DNA of 64,000 bases from positions 1 to 64,000 of the forward strand of contig KZ538343.1 of assembly GCA_000934665.2 (NCBI GenBank). Direction: 5' to 3'. Origin of the DNA: Catajapyx aquilonaris. Lineage: Eukaryota. Under the pieces are notes generated by a model, which worked only from the letters and a program-made list of their open reading frames with translations, was not told the origin of the DNA and ran no database searches. Numbering within the stretch: the stretch's first letter is position 1; every line of letters begins with the position of its first letter. The translations under genes and the position numbers were made by a program. This document shows positions 46,401-58,743 of this stretch, piece after piece.

Positions 46401-49400
46401 AAAAAAAATCCATGAATCATATGCATACGTGCAAACTTTTTACAAATTAGGCCTTCTGTTGACGGAACTATTCCTTTGGAAGTGGGATAAAAAGAAAATT
46501 GATTTGTTACCATGACGCCCACACACGCCCAGTGTGTGGGCGTCAACTGAAAAATGTTACTAAAGTCTTAATGAGTACAATACTTCCGAAGTTATAAGAA
46601 ACATTACTACTGCACAGTTCCATAATTATGAACAATGAGATGTCAAATTTGGACGACTTTCCTGCATTGTTGAGGCCACGAACCTTTTCAATTTTCCGGG
46701 AATGTTTTTCAGCTATGCCATGCGTGTAAGCCTGCCAGCGTTTATATGATTTTGACAGCAAACGTTCCTGCAATATCTGCGGGGTAATTTACAGTCAGCG
46801 AAACTGATTTTCTCTTCACCACCTTCATTCCCTTATTCCCCTATAGGCTAAACCATATGCCAGACAATTCGCACGGAGTAGATGAGCAGATTCAATGCGC
46901 CTTATTCTAAGCCTGACTCAGTTTTAAGTATTGATATACCATGTGGCCAAATAACTGCCTCAAAGTTTGTTTTTATAATAATGTGTTTCATTTACTAAAA
47001 TGCGAGTTATTATAATTAATTTTGCCTTCATATTGTTTAACAGCACGTGAAATGTACTTTGAGCTGGTGTTGTGCGGGAAGATTTTGCTATAGCGGACTC
47101 AGTACACCGTGTTCCATGGCATTAGGCTGCTTATTTTAAGCATTTACTTTGGAACAGTTACTTTCAGAGGTTCTTAAAAATATTGTCTGGTAATATTATG
47201 TTGCGTGGGTCCAACCTTTTTAACAACTGCAAAATGGTCTATATTTAGCAAACTGTATATGATGCTAACTCATGTACGAAATTCCTAATAAGAAATTCAT
47301 TTCAATAATTCAGGATGGATGATTCAATTCGGCCTAATACTAGCAGCTGATAATTATATAATAACTGCTAAGAGTAACAGTTCCTAAGTAACTGCTTTAA
47401 CTAACCAGCGTATAAGACGCGACAAAATCGACAACTGAAACGGACACCTGCCTGGGAAGTTGGAACATGTTACATGTAACTTGGCTTGAAGGCTAAATAT
47501 TAGGAATAGGCAGATAGTGCAATAATTCATATATAGAACTGTAAATAAAACACTGGATATATAATAACCGGATGGAACAAGAGTCACCTTAGATTAGATC
47601 CACATATCAAGGGAAATCTCACAGACTCTCACTTCAACTGTCCTACAGCTCTGCCTCGTAAAATTCAAGTGTATATAGCAAGGGTAATAGGCCTACATAT
47701 ACTAAAGATAACATTAAAATTTTCCAAAGTATAACACAACTCTGCAAAAGATTAAGGTGAGGCGACGGAAGTGAGGTTCCGCGAGATTCCTACAGCATAT
47801 AGGCCTACTGACATCAGTTCAGGTTGATGTGCCCTGTAAATAATGTTGCCACGAGTTCCTTCGGCTTATATTTTTAATCGAGAGCTTAGTACCTTAACTA
47901 AGACCATTCAACATGCGACTGGCGCATAAATCGTTTAAAACAATCCTATGTAGCTACTTCGTGCATGTTACGGGCACACAAGTTAGTATATCTCATACTG
48001 GTATGGAAGCAGAAATCCCTGTAAAACCGGTGGTAAATTAACGCTTTTGAAATGAACACAGTTATACTAAAGGCAAACCGAACAACATGCAAGGCCTAAT
48101 GAGACAAGTGTCACTAACGATACCGGCACATAGTATTAAATATTCACAAACTTTGAAAACTTATTGCTCATCTTTGCTCACTGGATGACTGCAAACATCG
48201 CATGCTATTCCGTTCGAATGCAACACTAAATACTGATCTCATTAATATTCAAATAACAAAACGAATAGTTTAAGAAATATGGTACCGGTATATAACTTGC
48301 ACGACTTTAGTTGAAAGAAGATGCTTGATAATAATTTGCATATGGCACTGCGCATAGCTAGAATTGACAACAGGACACTATTTTCAAATCTACAGGTTTG
48401 ATAATTATATGCAAAATTCTTCAGCAGTTATAATCTGTAACTGACATTTTTCATGCATATGTTTTCTGTCACGTAGTAAACGTCGCGGGTGGCCAAATGA
48501 GTAAATATGGATGTTCAAAACATAAAACTGAAACTGTTTGGATTGAGCGTTAAAAACTGTAAACTTTCAGCTTGCATGTGTTGAAATCCACAGCCATGAT
48601 TATTTGGGTATCGGGGGGAGATGAGATGGAATGAGAAGCCTAAACTGCGTGAGGTCCAAGAAGGAATGAGGGTTGAAGGTGGGGGATGTTCATGTGTGAG
48701 TCAGAGGAGAGGGCGGGGAAGGAGGGAGGGAAATGTTCCATCCCCCTTCAAAACACAATCTTTACACTTCATTATCAGTAATTTTACATGGATTCGGTAA
48801 GGTGTAATAAATCAATCAATTTTCCAATCCGTGAGTGGAATAATTCGGCAGGTAAGGTAACGGGGTCACTCGCAACTCAAATAATCAAGGCGCAATTAGG
48901 ACCCATTAATTACAAGTAATCAATAACACAAATTACTTGCTGATTACCGGTTTTATTGTGAAATTCTAATGCTTGATAATAGCCTGAACTGGCATGCCTC
49001 TTAAAAATTAAATAATTGACCACCACACGTATCTCCACAACCATATAGGCGAATATTGTATTAGTTATTTATCGACCTTTTGTTTTTTTGTTTTTTTTTT
49101 ACTTTTTAACAACAACAAAAATAAAGACCAGTACGCCATAATAATTGTCTTCCACGGAAGAAGTCAATCCACCTCTCAATTTTGTTGGTTTCCAAATAGG
49201 AAAAGTGCCCCTTGGTGATTCCGATTCTAATGACACCCTTTGGTCGAGCCAGAAGCGGCCGCTGGACCGCCCTTCAACCATTTGAAGAGAGGTCTTTCCC
49301 CAAAATCTTCCCGCCCTCCTCACACTTCTCAACTGCGGATGCATTCCATTAGCAGCCCATTACAACGTATTTTGGAAATGGGGCCAAGGAAAAATCTAGG

Positions 49401-52400
49401 GTGAAGGAAACAACTGGTTATTATTACTATTATTACAGGGGGAGACCCTTTCCAGCTACTTTTAAAGCCACACCTCCCATGTTTTTTATATCATGGCAAC
49501 CCTACTGATATAGCTACATTGTAATGGCTACTGCTACAAGCGTATACGTATCAGAATATTTTTAAGAAGAAGAAGAAGAATGGCAACGTGGTTTGAATTC
49601 CACATAATCGCTTGGTTACTCCCAGCGTCTCGGAGAGCATGTAATTTGCATTTCTTGCATCAGAGGCCAGTGCATGATGGCGTTATGTACCTAGACCTGA
49701 TCATGGCAGATGTTTTTTTTCTCTCGATATCATCTGCATGCACATTTTTATTCAGGCGAAGTAAAATATTTGCTGTAGGTCGGATTTGTAGTTTGGTCAT
49801 ACCAGATGTAATTGGTCAAAAGAAAACATAGATCCGGATATTCGGTTAAATGGCCCGTAAGTGTGTATTGCCACGTTATGCCAAATCCGATTCGCCCATT
49901 TCCTCGCTTTTCGTGACTGTTTCTTGGACGCAGCATTTGCTCGAAAGTGTTTGCCATGTACAGTAGGACTTAAATCCTGAAAGCTACTATTCAGTAACAA
50001 ATTGCATCTGGCTATGTGTGACCCATAAAAACAATCTGCACGTCGTCATGCCCACCCATAAAAATTATACTCAATATGCTCCCTGTTTCCAAAATGAGTG
50101 AGAGAAAAAAAAACTTGCATCCGAGTTGAAGGCAAGATATTTTTATTGTTGATGGCGGCCTCACCTGTCGGCCTACACAATAGCAGAGCTTATTAATTGA
50201 AAAATTATTACCGTTAGGCCTACTTCACTTAATTAATTACGTCGTTTAATCAATAACGGATAATTGAGTTAGGTTATAGGCTAGTATGATGCGATGTCCT
50301 TGTCCTATTGAAGGTATAGTGTTCATCAACAGTAATTGTGACCATGCAAATTGATAAAAATGGCAAATTTTTTGGCATGGTATGATCATAAGTGTATTAA
50401 TTTAATAATTCAGTTTTAAAGGGCCGAATAATTCCAGACACGCACCATGGGCAAGATACCCCCCTTAATTTTCTTATATACAAAAAAAAAAGTCCATGGT
50501 AAAGGCAGGCAGGCAGCACTTCCCCGTCTTGTCGTGACAAACTCGCCGTCATGTCTGCGCCTAAATGCTTTTCCCATTGGACGCCGGAGACCATTTTTCA
50601 AAAGCAGGGGGGTTACAGTGACTGGAATAGGTGGGGGGTGGAGGAGGAGGGGGGGATAGGAGGATAGGGGTTGGAGTCTCCCCAGTTGGAGACCAGGGGG
50701 GACCGCATTCCAGGCCTGGATGCGCCCTGCCACAGGCCACAGCACAACCTCCCACCCCCTTCCCCCACTCTCTCTCTCACATACAGTGTTGGAATTATAC
50801 AGTCGTCATTATTGGGTTATATGAGATGACCATATGTCGTGTTATGCCCAAAATGGCTCGGGGTCATAGGATGAACATTGTTGTCTTTCATTTACTGACA
50901 GTCATCAATTATGTAGCACAGTTATCAACAAAATTCCGATTCCCAAATTCATGCAATATGTTGCACCGTGTACATCCTATGAGAACCAAAATATAATTTG
51001 TTCCACCCTGTAACAACCCCGGTTCTTCTCCACCCTCAGCAAGCCACGGTCCCGCATCTCATTAGAATAACATGCCCAATTTCGGTTTCCAAGCCTCCGA
51101 AAAACAAGACCCCGTAACCTCCACCGATCTCAATGCCGAAGAGACATTCCTGCAAGAAGCAGCTATGCCGAGACAAGGCCTGACCATGTCACCCCCTCTT
51201 ATCCCTCCTTCCCCCCCCCCCCTACTTCTGCATTTCTACCTACTCCTTTTTCCCCATCTTCTTTTCCAGCAACCACCTGCCCTGTTGAACAACCTCCCGC
51301 TTCCCTCTACCCACTTCCCGCCTGCCCCTTCCCAAAAAGCCCCGCTGGCAATTTGCAGCTCGACCTGGGCCTCTTGCTATCAGAGCCAGATAAACCCATG
51401 TAAAAGGGGCAACGCGACAGGTTTTTAATTGGCACGCTTCTCCGGATGCATGGGGTGGTGCTGGTTTGGGTGGGAGGTGGGGACTGGGGAGAGGCGGGGG
51501 GAGAAGAAGACGACGCTTGTTTTTTTTGTGTGTGTGATTCAGGCTGTTTTCCAGATGACATGAAATACAATGTTGGGGCCAATAAAAACAGGGCACAGAA
51601 TAATAACGTAAAAACTAGCTATTTATTTTTCAGCTACAAGTACAATAAATCACCAAATTTTTTTTGCTGAGCATTTGATACTACCATTGCATTAAAATTA
51701 CTTTAAAAAAAAATTACAAGCTTGTTTACTTGAACATTCCAGGTGCTAGTAGCGTAATAAAATAGAGCGCCCCCCTAATCAAACGATTCAAGTAGCTGAG
51801 TGCCCACATGGCACATCGGATAATTGTCAACGTAAGGGTCACCGGTTTTGAAAAGGCCCTTAGGTTACATGCATGTTTGAACTTGAAAAGGGAAACCAAA
51901 ACATTTTTCGGGCCAGGATAACAAAGGGACATTTTCCACGTGATTTTTCCCCCTCCAGGAAGAATTCAGCATTCCCAAAATATTTCCTGTCTGACGTTGT
52001 GAGAGGGACTCCCCTCTAAAATTCTTTTGTGGCCGGGCCTTTAGCCAGGTGACCCTTTTTTTGGGGTTGCCACTTCTGGTCACTGCGTTGCCGCTTTTGA
52101 GACCCCCTTTTTATACTATGAATACACACTATATCTTTTAACAGGCACGGAACACTTGTCTTCCTGACTCAGCAATCGTGACTTGAACCTCAATTTCCAT
52201 CCAACTTTCTTCTTCCAAAAAGGAACAATATTATACACGCGTATGAATATCTAATAATGTGGGAAAAAGAAAACGTTCCACTAGCCTACTTAAACCGACG
52301 CATTCTTAGGGGAGTACTGAGACTGCATCAGGGACATAATTCTGTGTGAAAAATTGCTCCTGTCGTGATGCCCGCTTCTCAAGACTGGCTGGACCAGCAA

Positions 52401-55048
52401 ACGGGAACTCAATTCGACACGAAACTTGAACCTAAAGTGTAGTTGGACGAGCACTTTTCGGTGTGTAACTGTGTATAGATCACCGCCATCTTTGATCAAA
52501 AGTACTACGATGCTGTCTGCACCAATAGTCTATTATCTATTGTGCTGAGTTTCGGGTTACAAAATTGTTCAATCCTGATGATAATTTTAATACAGTGCAA
52601 CCGGTACTTACAAATACAGGGTAAAATAAAAAGTCATTTAAAAAAATCACATTTATTGTGGTAGCGTCTCCCGCCATCTTTGATCATACGCGCAACAGCC
52701 TCTGTTGTAGCTGAGCGTCCCCATGTCTCTCCAACCCCTATTTTCGTCTCTCATAAAGGTTCGTGATCCTTGGAATCGGCAGGGGGCCATGTGGGCAGGG
52801 GGCCTTGCAACCCCGAAACCTCCGAAGCTAAATCCTTCGTCCTTGGGGCCCCTTCGGTTGTAAGAATGGAGATCCATTGTGGCAGGCGCGAACGTCAATC
52901 AAATCAGGCGAGACCCCCCCATATCCTCAGTTGTAACCCCCCCCCCCCTCCCTCCCTCTAAAAATCCCTACAGACCCACCTGAGGGCGGCATCAAAAACC
53001 GGTTCTAATCCACTAGCACTAATCCACAGCAAGTTCATAATATGTCCTCTTTTACCTCCACAGAAACGTCGTACTAGGCCCAGCTCCTTCCTAAACGTGA
53101 GTACATTCTAAACATGGTGGGAGGGGAAATCCCTAATTGAAGAGGCGAGGCAGAAAATCATGAAATTAAAAAAAAAAAAAAATGTTGGGGGTGGGGGGTG
53201 GGTGGGCAATTTGTCTGCCATGGCGGGCATCTTCCGTCAATAGCAATCATCCATCACGGCTTCGTTAAGCGTCGCGATGATGGGGAGCCTCTTCTTAGAA
53301 GGTGCAGGCAGGATTCAAACACGGTAACCACTAAAAGGCGTTTCCTTTCCGAGGAACAAGATAACGGGCCGACAGCACGCGAGCATCATTCGCTCGCCCG
53401 ACTACATTGCTGGATTTTGTTTACCTGATGCCGAAAGTCAGGGGAAGGTTGGAGCACGATCGTTTTTGTGTCCTAAGGGGGGAAGGGGGGGGGGGAAGGG
53501 TAAGGATGGGAACAGCTTGCTCTTTTGCCTGACGATCGGCAATTTGCAGGGGGATTAATATGAATGGCTCGCATGAAGGTGGTCAGTTGTGAGCGTGACT
53601 TCAGCACCTTGCACAATTTGTACACAAATTGGCAGCACCTTTTTTGTGGTCAATATTTTCAGAGGGGATTCTCATCTTCCAACCGTTTGGTTACAATTAA
53701 CAGTGGTGCTATTTTGGGTACAACGCGTATAGGAACCGAAAGAGAAAGTGTCATGATCATAATTATGGGAAGGTTCGATGATGTATGGCATGCAAATCAA
53801 AATCATATGCATATTATGGTCCCTAGTCTGGTGGTATAACTTACCCATGGTAGCCTACCATGGGAAAGCAGCTAAAATATTGGGTAATATCCCCGCTGAT
53901 CTAAAGAGAATATTTTGTATACCGCAAAATTATCCCTAGATTCAGTTGGGGTGCCTCTGTTTCCGTTGGGAAGAGGCACAAAAAGTACCGTTTCGTGTCT
54001 CGGCCAATGAGGTGGGAGCGAGGAGTACCTCATGAAATGATGCGACACGACTGTGCCGTCTGTGACACTCATGAGATGGGTCGCACGAAACTGCATGTGC
54101 ATCATCTATTAGCTTCAGCGTCACACATTTCATGGGGTACAGTACACTCGTGAAGATGTGTAGGCTACCGAATAAATCGAATATGTGTCGCCTCGGTACA
54201 GTCTCAAGGGCAGAATCACAAATATAGCCTACGTCTTTTGTGCCACGTATGGCACGTATAAGCGGCACCAAATCTAGATTGAATAGGTAGAGGACTATAC
54301 ACTACGGATAAAGTGATGTCAAACAAAATATATGTAATTGAATGACCCAATGGAACTCAAGGACTGGATGTGATGAGAGTACACCTGTTTATACATATTC
54401 GGTATCATTATAAATATGGTATTGGCAAAATAAATAATTATCATTAACGTTGGGATGGCTTCTTCAGAATTATAACTATCGTGTGTGGAGTATCAGAAAC
54501 TAAAGAACTGTACTAGTAAGGTAGAGAGACTTAATTGTATGTCATCTCTTTTTGCTTATTACGCTAAGATTATATTCTATCTATAGGTGCTTGATAGTGT
54601 TTACTAGTCTACAGAAAAGGGCAAGTTAAAATTGAAAACTCAGGGTGCTGCGCTGATATGCAGGTATCAGAGTGTTACACGTACAAATTTTCATTTTTTT
54701 GAAGTTTCTGGCATAGCAGATGACACCAAATTTGTTAAATCACATGCTATGTTTTTACAAAACTGATGGCTTTCTATAAGCCTGATGAGAGAGATATGAT
54801 ATTGTAATATCTCATTATTTTGAAGAAATGTCACATTAAGCAATGAGCACTTTGAAATCATCGAGCTATTTAAATATCAGTTTTAGTAAACAACATGTCA
54901 GTCGAACAATATTATTGGGCATCACCACCATGTCCACCATGCCATTTAAAATCACTTCAGGTTCCCACCTCTTTCCGTGGCCATTTGACGTTTGAGAAAT
55001 TAGCAAATTCGCATCGTTCTGACCCCTATGTCTCAGCACAACACCACA

Positions 55049-55176
55049 GGAGTGGATTCAATAACAGGTTCAAATAAGATGCTCGGTGCAAGTTGTTGAT
55101 GGCAGCGATAGCCACAACAATAAATTACAATGATCTTCCTCCAGCATCTTATTTGCGCCCGTTTTGAATCCTGCCC
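55049..55176. mobile_element. Small degenerate MITE, Harbinger-like ends
   Basis: GGATTCAA...CAAATAAGATGCT pairs with AGCATCTTATTTG...TTGAATCC. Confidence 0.55.
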
Positions 55177-55605
55177 GTAAGTTGAAATACGTATATTGTA
55201 ATCTTCACTTTTTAGTAGACACTATCAAGCATACTATATGCACTAAAAATCCTAGAATTATATAAAACAGCTGTCCTACAGATCCCTTAGCTGGTATAAC
55301 CTTTTACATTGGCCCAACAAAGATTTTATCATGCACCCTGCTGCTGAACCTGCTGAACTTTGGCCTTTGATCTATATTTCGCGATTCAATTCAGTTTGAT
55401 TGTTCCAATAATATATTAGTCCAGCAGGCCTGTACAAATTGTTGATATGCAAACATTATTAGTTACACTATTCAAATCAGATTGTAGTAATTATTCACGA
55501 TGTAACATACATACATTGACTGGATTAACCTCGGGATTTTAATGACCCACCTGATCTCTTGCTAATAGACTTCACTGTGAACACAAGACACACACACAGT
55601 ATTAT

Positions 55606-55717
55606 CCTCCTGAGACCCCTGGTACAGTATACTGTACCTTTGGTTTTTCCAGCACCTTCTGACTAACTCAAACGCGTAAAAAAACAAAAACAAAGGTGTA
55701 CTAGGGGTCTCAGGAGG
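55606..55717. mobile_element. piggyBac-like MITE with TTAT flanks
   Basis: TIR CCTCCTGAGACCCCT(G/A)GTACA; TTAT at 55602-55605 and 55718-55721. Confidence 0.75.
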
Positions 55718-56859
55718 TTATGGGTTTCCGTCACATATAGAATGAGCAGCAGAAAAAGAAGTCATGAAACAAGACTGCATCTTTTTATCTGAACCTGGAG
55801 AATGCATATAGAATCAGTGGCTCACTATTCTCCAGAAGTTTAAAATAAAACCAGCGTGCATTAGGACTTTAGTGGGAGACAAGAAGAAAGAAAGCCTACT
55901 GCTGAGCCCATCTTGACATTCCTGAGGCCTCTTGATCCTTATCGAGCCAAAGGTAAAGCCCCATACGATGACCACCGCTTCCGGAATGGACCATAAATCT
56001 CTCTCTTGCTACCCTCCACCCCCACCCTCTTCTCCCCGCACACCTAGAAAATTTCCTCCACCAGAAGGTGTGTTTCCCAACAGGCTTTTGAGTGCCAACC
56101 CTTACGCTATTCTATACCAGTTCCCTTCGGTATTTACGACTCCCTTTTGTCTGCTCTTCAGACACTGCTCCAGACCATGCTTCATGCCACTAAAAATGTC
56201 CATGGACCTACAGCTATCTCGAAGGGCAATAAAGGTGGCGACACCTCAGGGGGCGGGGGGAGGCCAACATAAAAGATTACAAAAAAATGTTCAAACTGGA
56301 GGATACGGATAGAAACCAAATTGTAGTGCACACAGATTAAAGGCCTAGTAAAGTAGTAAGCACTTGGGCCACTTCATGGCGCTGCTACACACGCAATATG
56401 GCTGCCGGATTGAACAGCTGGTAGGGTAGAGAGCTTTTAAATCTTTATCAAACAATCGGGGATCAGTGGTATTCAGATAGTCTCACGAATTTGCCTCGAT
56501 ACTAACTGAAAGAATCGGCTGTAGGGAGGGTTCTGGTTAAAGGTTTGTTTGGTTTTTAGGGGTCAGCAGGGGTCTTCCACTCCCCTATTCCCAAACAAAA
56601 CTTCCCCACCTGTTCACCAAATCAATCATAGAGTATTTAGGTCACCCAAGATGGATGGCAGTTCAGTGATGGGCCCTTCTCTTTTTCTAAGGATGTCGCA
56701 GATGTTGAAAGCATGATTGATAAGATGGTGTGTACAGATGGAAAACTGATTGCCAGAGTCAGGCACTTGATTTTCAATTGGCACTCCGTAGCGTTTCACG
56801 GTCACGTCAAACGACGTTTAAAAATGTGCGACGTTTAAAAATGGCGGAGAAGTTCCTAA

Positions 56860-57280
56860 GAATGTCACGCCAGCAGGACAAATGACAATCGAGTGGCATT
56901 CAGGCATTCAGCCTACAGCACTTTTCACACAAAAAGACAAAGACGCGACTTTTTTTTCTACTCTCAGGACCTCTGGCCTGCCTCAGAAACGCATGTCTCT
57001 CAAACCGTTCATGATAACCTCGTAAAGATGTCATGGCGTCCAGACAAATGACGATCGAGTGACAGTTGGGCTTGGCGTCGGAAAGCAAAGAAGAAGACTA
57101 AGGGGGGTTTTAAAAAATGTCCAGATATTCCGCATGTTCAATTTAACTCGTTTCACACGAAAGACAAAAGATCTTACTTCTCATGACCTCGCCTTGCCCT
57201 CAAAAATACACGTGCTTCTCAAAAGCTAACTAATCCGGTAAAGCCGACATGGCGTCCAGACAGTGACAATCGCGTGAAAC
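56860..57280. repeat. Degenerate tandem repeat, about 170-215-bp unit, about 2.5 copies
   Basis: (CATGGCGTCC)AGACAAATGAC(A/G)ATCG(A/C)GTG recurs at about 56876, 57032 and 57248; TTTCACAC.AAAGACAAA recurs between them. Confidence 0.6.
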
Positions 57281-58676
57281 CTACGAATGGCAGGGGAAGA
57301 AAGAGTAGGTACAAAAAAAATGGAAGCAAGAAAAATCTAGATCCGGACTGCAGATTGAAGGAATTTGGAGGAACACAAAAAGAAAGAAGTAAAAAAAAGA
57401 GTAGAAGGGCAATAGGTGTAGTAGAGGGCAGGTGAGAACAGGTGATGTGGCCCTGCCCCTGAGAACATGGCGGACCAATAAGAGCCCCTGGGCATCAAGT
57501 CAGGACAAGTTACGAGGCGGAGCCCAGAAAAGCTGATCCCACGACATCAGCCAGTCGGGATGTCATCCTCACTTCTTTTAATTTTTTTTGTTACTATCTG
57601 ACCGCGTCTTTGTGCCTGCAGTTGCATGACTAGACGTACTATAGTCCATGCTCGTAGTAATAAAACTTGTAGTACAGGTAACAAATCACAGTGCTGGCAA
57701 TCGTTTCAAATATGGTACGTCGCACAACATCAGCAGCTTTTGTGATTAAACTATCATGCGAAGTGTTCGTCCTAATGCAAATGTACATGATATAGTGTGG
57801 ATGTCAAAATACATGCTTCCAACTGCAGGCTTGCTATATATACGGTCTCTTTGAAACCTGATTAAGAAACAAAGTGAATATTATGAGAGAGTTTTCAAGT
57901 TTTTTTTTTGCGGAATGGCATTTAGAACCAGTTTTATGATAACAAATTAGGGAAATTATCCGATTGTGTGTTGGCACTCACAATAAAATACCAGACATAA
58001 TAGGAGATTTACTTCTTCATTTGCATTGATACAACAAGTCCTTAGTGTGACAAGTGCTAACTACATGACCGTTACGTACGATACTTCATAACGTCGCATT
58101 GATATAGGTGGAAATTATTATTTTAATGGATGTTGGAGTGCAGTGCTGTTTCTCCTTATACATTGTCCAAATTTCTTAAGATAAATGATGGGTAGGTAGA
58201 GGTTTTTTTTTGTTTCTAGCTCCTTCATCTCCGATTTTTCTGTGAAAATATAGGCAAATCTTGCGACCATATGCAGTAAAAAAAATTGTGCAATTTCCTT
58301 GTATTGTACTGTACAAGGTTTTCTCGTGACAACATAATTATGCAGAAGAAATGGCCTCGTCAATGTCGTCAATTTGAGTGACACGTACTAAGTGAGCCAA
58401 ATTAGGAACAATAAAAAACAAAACCGCTCATGATGTTGATAAGTGGTTTTATTTAGAAAAAAAAAACATTGTTAATTATTTTAAGTTACATCTTTTGATA
58501 TAATCGATGCGATGCAAGCCAAGGTCACCAAATAACGAGCAAATTAATATCTACAAAACTAATTTGAAGCATTCATTATTTACTTCGAGCACTTTTACCA
58601 ATAACTGATAATGACGATTGATGAATGTGCTCCTGAACCACGTACTGTACCAGTGACATTCTCATAGTACTGGATG

Positions 58677-58742
<66 letters not shown>
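58677..58742. repeat. (AAT)n microsatellite, about 21 units
   Basis: Directly visible. Confidence 0.95.

Positions 58743-58743
<1 letters not shown>

Noticed and set aside
50416..51670. Pro/Gly-rich ORFs
   Set aside because: They derive from G/C homopolymer tracts and show no coding signature.
56860..57280. CRISPR-like repeat-spacer pattern
   Set aside because: Repeats are degenerate, spacers are long and mutually similar, there are no cas genes, and the context is eukaryotic.
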